DNA from: a virus
Reading direction: 5' to 3' (one strand)
Virus record (IMG/VR): IMGVR_UViG_3300042888_000580
Location: 12,107 to 76,106 of that record
Length of the DNA: 64,000 bases
The number at the start of each line of letters is the position of its first letter. Position 1 is the first letter of the stretch. Below the pieces are notes generated by a model. That model saw only the letters and a list, made by a program, of their open reading frames with translations, was not told the DNA's origin and did no database searches. Positions 56,133-64,000 of this stretch are shown here, piece by piece. The translations under genes were made by a program, and so were the position numbers.

Positions 56133-57680
56133 ATGAGTAACTCGCCTTCACTAGTAAAAAATCCCTATACTAAAACAGTTTTTAAAACTGATAAAGAACT
56201 ACAGGATTTTATTAAATGCTGTGATCCAGATACAGGTTATCTATATTTTATGGATAACTTCTTTATGATACAACACCCTACTAAAGGTAGTATGGTATAT
56301 CATCCATGGGGTTATCAGAAAAGATTGATCGAAACCTATCATAATTATAGATTTTCAATTAGCTTGATGCCACGTCAGTCTGGTAAATCAACCTCAGCCG
56401 CAGGATACTTACTCTGGTATGCTATGTTTGTTCCGGACAGTACAATTTTAGTTGCGGCACACAAGTATACAGGTGCTCAGGAGATTATGCAACGTATTCG
56501 TTATGCATATGAAAACTGTCCTGATTATATCAAAGCTGGCGTAACAACATACAACAAAGGCTCATTAGACTTTGAGAACGGATCTCGTATCGTTTCAGCT
56601 ACTACAACTGAAAATACAGGTCGTGGTATGTCTATCACACTATTATACTTGGACGAGTTTGCGTTCGTTCGACCGAGTATCGCTAAAGAATTCTGGACAG
56701 CTATTACACCAACATTGTCAACAGGTGGTAAAGCTATTATCACAAGCACACCAAACAGTGATGAGGATCAATTTGCTTATATCTGGAAAGGTGCTAACAA
56801 GACTGAAGATGACTTTGGTAATACTACTGAATTAGGTGTTAATGGTTTTAGAGCGTATAGAGCATATTGGAATGAACAACCAGGTCGAGACCAAAAGTGG
56901 GCAGACGAAATAAAAGCACAGCTCGGAGATGATCGTTTTAACCGAGAGATTGGTTGTGAGTTCATTATTGCAGATGAGACATTGATTAATCCAAATACAT
57001 TAATAGCTATGGAAGGAATAGAACCTGTAAGTCGCATAGGGCAAGTCAGGTGGTACGAAAAGCCAAAGAAGGGCAATATCTATTGTGTAGGATTAGATCC
57101 AAGTCTTGGTACAGGTGGTGACCCGTCTGCTATTCAAATCTTTGAAGCAAATACTACTACTCAAGTTGGCGAATGGAAACACAATAAAACTGATATCCCT
57201 AGTCAAATCAAACTAATAGCACAAATTAACAAATATATAGCAGAATGTACAAATGAACCTAACAACATCTATTATAGTATTGAATGTAATGGTATCGGGG
57301 AAGCCGCTATAATATCATTAAACGAATATGGGGAAAGTAATATCCCGGGTATCTTTATTAGTGAAGCAGGTAAAGGACGTAGAGGATTCAACACTACCAA
57401 TAAAAGCAAATTAGCAAGTTGTGCTAAATTCAAAACACTAGTTGAAAGTAAAAGAATGACTGTAAATAGTCGTAGTCTTATAAGTGAATTAAAAGCATTT
57501 GTAGCACATGGTGGTAGTTATGCCGCTAAAATTGGGGATACTGATGATTTGATAATGGCTAGCCTATTAGTAACTAGAATGTTACAGCATTTAAGTGATT
57601 ATCATGTTAATTTAGAGACACAGATTCGTGACCACGATGAATACTTGGCCCCTTTGCCCTTCTTTGCGGTCATAAGCTAA
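56133..57680 (+). CDS. terL: Terminase large subunit (T4 gp17-like)
   Basis: PRQSGKST; LLYLDEFAFV; ITSTPN; nuclease domain GLDPSLG...DDLIMA. Confidence 0.93.
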   Translation: MSNSPSLVKNPYTKTVFKTDKELQDFIKCCDPDTGYLYFMDNFFMIQHPTKGSMVYHPWGYQKRLIETYHNYRFSISLMPRQSGKSTSAAGYLLWYAMFVPDSTILVAAHKYTGAQEIMQRIRYAYENCPDYIKAGVTTYNKGSLDFENGSRIVSATTTENTGRGMSITLLYLDEFAFVRPSIAKEFWTAITPTLSTGGKAIITSTPNSDEDQFAYIWKGANKTEDDFGNTTELGVNGFRAYRAYWNEQPGRDQKWADEIKAQLGDDRFNREIGCEFIIADETLINPNTLIAMEGIEPVSRIGQVRWYEKPKKGNIYCVGLDPSLGTGGDPSAIQIFEANTTTQVGEWKHNKTDIPSQIKLIAQINKYIAECTNEPNNIYYSIECNGIGEAAIISLNEYGESNIPGIFISEAGKGRRGFNTTNKSKLASCAKFKTLVESKRMTVNSRSLISELKAFVAHGGSYAAKIGDTDDLIMASLLVTRMLQHLSDYHVNLETQIRDHDEYLAPLPFFAVIS

Positions 57681-57701
57681 GACATAAAAGATAAATACAA
57701 T

Positions 57702-59819
57702 ATGGCTAAAAATCAAGAATCAATCAACCGCTCATTATTTGAACTATTACGTAGCAGAGGCTATGCTCCTACTCTATTAGATACTTCGGGTAAGGAAATT
57801 CCAGTACCTGAAGAAGCAGAAGTTTTTCAATTTAAGTTTAGTAAAGACGGAGAAGAATACGGTACTGTAACAGCATCAATTGATGGACTACATAAGTTAA
57901 TAATCTACTTTGGTGATGATGTTGCTAATAGTGAAAAAGAAGATAACGGTGGTGATGATTCATGGTACAAACTATTGAATCATCTAAAGCGTTTTTCACA
58001 GCAACACCAATTGAGTTTTGAAGTTAAAAATAGAGACCATTTAAAATATGATATGGCAAAAAGGGAACATATGAAAAAGCAAGAAAAAATTTCAGAAGGC
58101 TATTATCCAATGGGTAAAAAGGCTAGTTATAATGACAATATTCCAACTGTTAAGATTGTTATTGAACATAGTCGTACAATTGAAGAAGGAGAACAACGTT
58201 ATCGTAATGTAAACCGTATCTTCTTAGAGAATACACAAGGTGAAAGAATTCTTGCTCCTACAACTAAGCCAGGTGTTGCTCAGATATATGCCCGTCATTT
58301 AGCTGAAGGTGGTATGCCACACGATGATCGTTGGAATCATATTATTGGTCTATGTGAAGAATACAATAAGATGGGTGCTTTTGTTCGTGCTACACGTAAC
58401 AACCAGTTCAATGAATCAGCACAACAATTAGTTAATGAAGGTATCAACCACTATCAAAGTTTAAAAGAATCATTAAGCAAGATGCGAGGTGCTCGTGGCT
58501 ACAATGCGTACTTTGAATCATATACTCCACCATTAATGGAAGATGAAAGTGAAGAAAACAATTTGAATGAGTTGTTTGTACAAGAAACATTAGACCCACG
58601 TATTGAAAGTGTAATGCCAATACTAAACAAGCTACATAAGAAAGTAGCAGAGATGAAAGAAGTTAATGAGTTAAGTGAGTGGGCTGACAACTTAATTGAT
58701 GAAGGTGCAGCCGTCGATGCATATATGGCAGGCAAGAGCCCGGCCCTTGCACACTTTGCTGACAAATTAGACAAAGAGGTTGATGAAGGTATATTAGATA
58801 CTGTTAAAAAAGTTGGAAGTAAAGTATTTGACAAATTAGGTGGCGGCAGTGAAAAAGACCTAATTAAAAAATTACAAAAATCAGCCGGTGTAAAAGTTAC
58901 TGGTAAAAAACCTGAATTTGATGTTAAAGCAAAAGAATTATCACGTGATAATCCTAGTGATCCAGCCGGCAACTTTATGAAGGGTGGAAAAGATTTGGGT
59001 ATTTTCAAAGAAGAATTAGATGAAGCTAGAGTATTTGGTTATGATATCAAGCGAGTACCTGATTTAAAAGTATCGTATGATGATGCACAAGAACTTAAAA
59101 ATCAATTAGGTGTGTTGGATAAAGTAATGAGGTATGCTACTCCAGATGACATGAGCCCAGAGATACGAAGCCAAGTAAGAGATATATATTTTAAAATTAC
59201 TAAAATATTACAACGAAACGGTTTGCAAGAATCAGATTTAATGAGTATAGATGAAGGAATGGTTGACAAAGTTAAAGATGCTGTTAAAACAGGTGCCAAA
59301 GCACTTGACAGATTTGTTACCGGTGGAGACAAAGAAGATTTACTAAAAGACTTAAAAAAGAAGGCAGATGTTCGTAATCCAGAAAATGGTAAACCAAGCA
59401 TGGCATACAGCGATGTTGAGAAGCGTACTGATGAAGTTGACATGGGTCAAGCTGACAGTTCATTGAGAAATAATCCAAAACAAAACAATGACAAAATGGA
59501 TCACTTTACTGCGTTAGATAAAGCATCAAAGAAAATGGGACACAACCATTTTATGGATGTACCTGATGACAAACTTGAAGCACTTAGAGCAATGGTTAAG
59601 AGATTTAGAGCCGGCGAAGAAATTGACGAAAGCGCACTACTAGCATCTTTTGGGTACGATAAGTATGGTCCCGGCATGAAAGAATTACAAGACGCTGGTC
59701 GCAGAGATGCTAGCGAAAAAGAAATGCAAAACATTCGTGCTAAACACAGCAGTAAAGAAAAACCTGTAACAGAAGGCCAAGAAGAACTTGATTTTATTAA
59801 ACGTTTAGTACGCAAATAA
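57702..59819 (+). CDS. Putative head/internal protein with multiple protease-site-like motifs
   Basis: Repeated (I/L/V)xE-G/S/A motifs; internal duplication; C-terminal EGQEELDFIKRL. Confidence 0.55.
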   Translation: MAKNQESINRSLFELLRSRGYAPTLLDTSGKEIPVPEEAEVFQFKFSKDGEEYGTVTASIDGLHKLIIYFGDDVANSEKEDNGGDDSWYKLLNHLKRFSQQHQLSFEVKNRDHLKYDMAKREHMKKQEKISEGYYPMGKKASYNDNIPTVKIVIEHSRTIEEGEQRYRNVNRIFLENTQGERILAPTTKPGVAQIYARHLAEGGMPHDDRWNHIIGLCEEYNKMGAFVRATRNNQFNESAQQLVNEGINHYQSLKESLSKMRGARGYNAYFESYTPPLMEDESEENNLNELFVQETLDPRIESVMPILNKLHKKVAEMKEVNELSEWADNLIDEGAAVDAYMAGKSPALAHFADKLDKEVDEGILDTVKKVGSKVFDKLGGGSEKDLIKKLQKSAGVKVTGKKPEFDVKAKELSRDNPSDPAGNFMKGGKDLGIFKEELDEARVFGYDIKRVPDLKVSYDDAQELKNQLGVLDKVMRYATPDDMSPEIRSQVRDIYFKITKILQRNGLQESDLMSIDEGMVDKVKDAVKTGAKALDRFVTGGDKEDLLKDLKKKADVRNPENGKPSMAYSDVEKRTDEVDMGQADSSLRNNPKQNNDKMDHFTALDKASKKMGHNHFMDVPDDKLEALRAMVKRFRAGEEIDESALLASFGYDKYGPGMKELQDAGRRDASEKEMQNIRAKHSSKEKPVTEGQEELDFIKRLVRK

Positions 59820-59835
59820 TTAATAGAAAAATAAT

Positions 59836-62800
59836 ATGTTTAAAGAAAATTATACTAAACCTAAAGTAATGATTACTGAAACCCGCACATATAAGTTGTG
59901 GGAAAGTGCTGGTCGTAAAATAGTTGAAGCACAATTAACTCCAGATCAAATACAACAAATCTTTCAATATGCACAAAACATTGAAACGGCCGGGGGTACT
60001 AATCGTACAATGATTGGTAAAGGCAAAGATGCCGCATCTGCCGTAGGTCAAGCTTGGGAAAACTTAAAAACTAAAGCACAAACTTCTAAACCCATCGATG
60101 GATTTGAGAAAAAATATGATGCTGTAGCACAACGATTAAAACAAGCAACCGGCGGTGATCAAGGTGCAATGAAGTATGTACAGAAATACCGTGACTTTGC
60201 TAAGAAACATCCTATAGCACAAGGTGTAGTTTATGCCGCACTTATTGCCGCTATCGGTTTAAGTGGTGCAGGCTTAGGGGGTGCGGCAGCATTAGGCTTA
60301 TTTAAAATGACAGATAAGTTATTGCAAGGTGAGAAATTCACTAGTGCCGCTTATAGTGGTGTTAAGACTGGTGCATTGGCATATGGTGCAAGTCAACTTG
60401 TTCAATATTTTCAAAAACCCAATGTTCCTCTACCTGACAATATTGACAGTATTAAATTACCCAGTGGTACTGATTATATAGTTAAACAAGGTGATACATT
60501 AAGTCAAATTGCTGAAAAGTACGGGGTTAGTGTTGAAGAATTAATGAAAGCTAATAATGGTGCAACAACTGTAACTCCTACTGGTCAATCTATGACATGG
60601 GACGATCCTAATGCATTATCTAATGTTAATGCAATGGGTGATGCAACACCTTCCGGTACTGGGGTACAACAAGATTATGATGTAAAGACAGCACCCAAAG
60701 TTTCTAATCCAGATAGAATAAATGTTGGTCAAAAATTAAATATACCAGGTGCAACTGGTTCAAGTCCATATCAAGGTGGTGTAGGAACTGCGGGTGACAC
60801 ATGGAACAAGATTGGTGCAGGTAAATATCCGTACGACCAGATATCAGCTAATCAGGCTGCTAAATATGGGATTGATACCGGTGGATTAGGTGATGCTAGT
60901 AAAGCCGGAGGTAAGATGGCATCTAATGCGGCAGGTCTAAGCCAAGCTGACATTAACCAGATGCGTAATCAGAATCTATTTAAAATGCAAGATCAGGCTG
61001 ATGCCGCTTACTATGCAGATAAACCTGACGATGTTGGAATAAATCCACGTAACAATGATGCAGTGGGCACCGGAATGCCCGGGTCAGCAAAACCCCAAGG
61101 AGTAAGTTATAATCCTGATTATTTAAATAAAGTAATCAACGGTGAGATTACTCGTCCTAAGATTAGTGCAGAACAAGCAAAAGCCGCATTAGATTGGCAA
61201 GCTCAGAATGGTGGACAAGTTAATACTAACACACCTAGTGTAATGAACGGTGATGGTCCTGGGGGATTTAGTAAAGAATACCTAGAAAAAGCGGCAGATC
61301 CTAACCGCACTGGTAGATACATGATTAGTCCTGAAAAAGCACAGGAATTGTTAAACCAAACAACTACTCCGGCTTCTAACACGGTATCAGGTTTAACACC
61401 TGAACAAAGGGCAAATCCTGCATTCCAAGAAGCATATCAAAAAGTAATACAACAGTACGCTGATCAACCAATTCAACGTGGAGTACGTCAAGAAGCGATA
61501 GCGGCAGGCAAAAAGGCGCTGGCGGCACTTGCTAATGCACCAGTAAATGAAAGTATACAATTATCCGAATCACAAATCTTTTTATTAATAGGTAAAATTG
61601 TTGAAAGACAAAGACGTATTGATGAAGGTATTATGGATACACTCAAAGGTGCGGCAGGTAAAACAGCAGATTGGGCTAGAACAAAGGGTCAAAATCTAAC
61701 AACTAAAATTACTGCTGATAAGTTATTACAAGCATGGAAAAAAGCTGATAGTCCTACAGATAGTGATGCAGTTGCTAAAGTTATGATTGGTGCCGGTGTG
61801 CCACAAGAGACTGTTACTAATCTAATGAAGAACTTTGTACAAGGTCCTTCAGCTGGAACAAATACAAATGTTTGGCAAGGCGCAGATAGAAGCATACCCG
61901 CTATTCAAAGAAAACAACAGGGACAATCATTTGCCGCTACACCTAACGCTTCAGGTCAAACACCCACTCCTCAAGGTCAAACACCCACTCCTCAAGGTCA
62001 GACTCCCGCACCTGCCCCGCAAGGTCAAACTCAAGAACCTACACAAGATAATTTGCCTTTGAGATATTATGGTGCCGGCAATAAGTCTCCGACTGATTTT
62101 TGGGGTAGGAAGAGACCAGTTCAACCAACTATGCAGTCTCAGCAACGACAAGCAGCCTTAGATGCAGCCAATGCGGCAACAACACCAACAACACCAACAA
62201 CACCAACAACACCAACGCCAACAACGCCCGCTCCACAAGGATCTACCTACGATCCTAGTAAGGCCGCTGCAAATAGATTAGCTAAAGGTCAAGCCGCTCA
62301 ACAACAAGCACTAAAACAAATGGCTGCTACAAAGCAAGCAAATTCTCCGGTATCTCAACAATATTCAGCTATTAAAGCTGCCGCGGCTGCCGCATTAGCT
62401 AAACCGGGATTTCAACGAACAGCCGCAGATAACCTTGCTATTAAGCAGGCAGCGGCTAATAATATTATACAAATGCCAAAAAATACTGCAACAACTCCAA
62501 CTACCAAAGTAGCAGAAGGTGAATTTGCGGGACACTATGCTACAGGTGTAGCAGGTCAATGGCGCAACAAAGGTCCTAAAGCAAACAAACCGGCAACGAT
62601 TGGGGATCTAGTTGGTGAGAGTGAAGAAACTACCGCTAATAATAAAGAAGATAGATTTTCAAAATTTATGGACAAGAAATACAAAAAAGGTGAAGAAGTA
62701 GGCAGAGTAAGTAACCCTCCTATTAAAGGTACACCAAACACAGCTAAGACTGGATATTATCCTACTCCTAAACCCCCTGTTAAGAAATTAGATACACCTT

Positions 62801-62874
62801 TAGCTAATGAAGCAGTAGCTGAAGGATCAGAGGATTTGGCAAGAATTCTTCATATCGCTGGCCTTACTAAATAA
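59836..62874 (+). CDS. LysM-containing 1012-aa putative virion protein
   Basis: YIVKQGDTLSQIAEKYGVSVEELMKAN...NPDRINVGQKLNIP; hydrophobic stretch; Q/P/T-rich linkers; C-terminal EDLARILHIAGL. Confidence 0.7.
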   Translation: MFKENYTKPKVMITETRTYKLWESAGRKIVEAQLTPDQIQQIFQYAQNIETAGGTNRTMIGKGKDAASAVGQAWENLKTKAQTSKPIDGFEKKYDAVAQRLKQATGGDQGAMKYVQKYRDFAKKHPIAQGVVYAALIAAIGLSGAGLGGAAALGLFKMTDKLLQGEKFTSAAYSGVKTGALAYGASQLVQYFQKPNVPLPDNIDSIKLPSGTDYIVKQGDTLSQIAEKYGVSVEELMKANNGATTVTPTGQSMTWDDPNALSNVNAMGDATPSGTGVQQDYDVKTAPKVSNPDRINVGQKLNIPGATGSSPYQGGVGTAGDTWNKIGAGKYPYDQISANQAAKYGIDTGGLGDASKAGGKMASNAAGLSQADINQMRNQNLFKMQDQADAAYYADKPDDVGINPRNNDAVGTGMPGSAKPQGVSYNPDYLNKVINGEITRPKISAEQAKAALDWQAQNGGQVNTNTPSVMNGDGPGGFSKEYLEKAADPNRTGRYMISPEKAQELLNQTTTPASNTVSGLTPEQRANPAFQEAYQKVIQQYADQPIQRGVRQEAIAAGKKALAALANAPVNESIQLSESQIFLLIGKIVERQRRIDEGIMDTLKGAAGKTADWARTKGQNLTTKITADKLLQAWKKADSPTDSDAVAKVMIGAGVPQETVTNLMKNFVQGPSAGTNTNVWQGADRSIPAIQRKQQGQSFAATPNASGQTPTPQGQTPTPQGQTPAPAPQGQTQEPTQDNLPLRYYGAGNKSPTDFWGRKRPVQPTMQSQQRQAALDAANAATTPTTPTTPTTPTPTTPAPQGSTYDPSKAAANRLAKGQAAQQQALKQMAATKQANSPVSQQYSAIKAAAAAALAKPGFQRTAADNLAIKQAAANNIIQMPKNTATTPTTKVAEGEFAGHYATGVAGQWRNKGPKANKPATIGDLVGESEETTANNKEDRFSKFMDKKYKKGEEVGRVSNPPIKGTPNTAKTGYYPTPKPPVKKLDTPLANEAVAEGSEDLARILHIAGLTK
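61954..62030 (+). repeat. 21-bp coding tandem repeat (GQTPTPQ)
   Basis: ggtcaaacacccactcctcaa twice exactly, plus degenerate copies. Confidence 0.8.
62179..62229 (+). repeat. 9-bp coding tandem repeat (TTP)
   Basis: acaacacca four times, plus degenerate copies. Confidence 0.8.
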
Positions 62875-62891
62875 GATTTGGATATAATTAC

Positions 62892-64000
62892 ATGAAAATT
62901 TCGTCATTATTACGTGAAGCTGAAACCCCTAATCAAGGCACTGTTACCCAGTTGCCTGTTGATAAGGATTTAATATATAGAGCTAAGAATAAATATCCTG
63001 GCTATTCTTCAGAACAGGCAATGATATTATTAATTTCGGATGAAATGAAAAATCAGGAAAAAACTGATTCGGTTCAAAACAAATTAATTGACACACAAAA
63101 ACGTGAAAATGAACGCTTAAGAGGTGCAGTAGATTCATTGGGTCAAGAACTACAAGATTTTGAACAACAATCACAAGAAACAGACCGCGAAGTTGAAAGA
63201 TTAAAACAATTAAGTAGCACACTAACTACTGGTGGAACAGATACTAAACGTAAGGCAAAAGTAAGTGCAGATGATTTGGAAAAACTTCAACAAGATTTAG
63301 AAACATTAAAAACTAAACCTGGCATGGATCCAAAAAAGTTTCAGAATATAGAATTACAAATTAAACAAATTGCCAACAATCCTTCGGTTGATGACAAAGA
63401 TTTAGCAAAAGTAAATTCTTTAGTAATAACATTAAACAATCAAAAAAATGTTGGTGATGAATTATATAAAAGACTTGAAGACCAATTAGCTACCACACAA
63501 CAAGAATTAGATAAAAAAGAAGGCAGATTTTCAAAATATATTGAAAAGAAAAAAGGCGAGATAGGTAATATTCAACAACAACATGCCGGAGAAATAAAAA
63601 AGTATTCCGATATAGTTAAAGGTTATCAAAAAGATATTGAAAAATTTAACACACAGGTACAACAGCTAAACAAAGATAGAGAATTTATCGATAATGAAAA
63701 ACGAATTATAGTAGATTTAAGAGGTGAGGTTCAACAAAGTGCTGAAACCATTCAACAAAGTGCTGATAGAATTAACACTGAGGCACAAGAGGCGGAAAAA
63801 CTGATAAGGGCAATTAAATACCTATATACTAAAAATATTAAAGATGTAGATGATACAGAGAAAAATATAACACCTCCTGATCAGGAACAACTAGTTCCAG
63901 AACCAGTAACCCCGGCAGAAGAACCAAAAAATAATGTTAGAAAATTTCCAACTCAATCCGAATTAGCAAGTTTATACGCTGATAGAGATGGTAAAGGTGG
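62892..64000 (+). CDS. Coiled-coil protein, 3'-partial, missing from the ORF track
   Basis: MKISSLLREAETPNQG...; reads open toward the window end; E/K/Q heptads. Confidence 0.75.
   Translation, partial: MKISSLLREAETPNQGTVTQLPVDKDLIYRAKNKYPGYSSEQAMILLISDEMKNQEKTDSVQNKLIDTQKRENERLRGAVDSLGQELQDFEQQSQETDREVERLKQLSSTLTTGGTDTKRKAKVSADDLEKLQQDLETLKTKPGMDPKKFQNIELQIKQIANNPSVDDKDLAKVNSLVITLNNQKNVGDELYKRLEDQLATTQQELDKKEGRFSKYIEKKKGEIGNIQQQHAGEIKKYSDIVKGYQKDIEKFNTQVQQLNKDREFIDNEKRIIVDLRGEVQQSAETIQQSADRINTEAQEAEKLIRAIKYLYTKNIKDVDDTEKNITPPDQEQLVPEPVTPAEEPKNNVRKFPTQSELASLYADRDGKG

Noticed and set aside
56133-57680. Intein or intron in terL
   Set aside because: The ORF is continuous, of normal length, and has no splicing motifs.
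194-63222. Remaining short minus-strand ORFs in the track
   Set aside because: They lie antisense to long plus-strand genes and show no motifs or expression signals.
1-64000. Alternative genetic code
   Set aside because: Coding density is high in the standard code, and TAA, TAG and TGA all end genes at sensible boundaries.

Overview
A 64-kb segment of an AT-rich, large tailed dsDNA phage with T4-like features. All credible genes are on the + strand and use the standard code. The host is probably Gram-negative (spanin-like genes; proteobacterial-type tmRNA tag). From left to right: (1) a >4,800-aa virion/baseplate protein and tail genes; (2) a coupled cluster of glycosyltransferase-like genes and five radical-SAM genes, one circularly permuted and one B12-dependent, ending in a 1317-aa repeat protein; (3) a circularly permuted (two-piece) tmRNA with tag ANDSQFALAA; (4) a GNAT gene with a capsid-targeting-like N-terminus; (5) a five-gene secreted/membrane operon; (6) an array of FN3 genes with a shared N-terminal peptide and three different tip domains; (7) an early region with six sigma70-type promoters around a MoxR AAA ATPase and a vWA/metallopeptidase; (8) thyA, NDP-sugar enzymes and a sixth radical SAM; (9) spanins, a methyltransferase, the large terminase, and putative protease-processed head proteins. 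A TAAATA/TAAGTA late-promoter motif precedes most late units, often only 4-6 nt before the ATG, which suggests leaderless mRNAs. All calls come from reading motifs by eye; no database searches were run.
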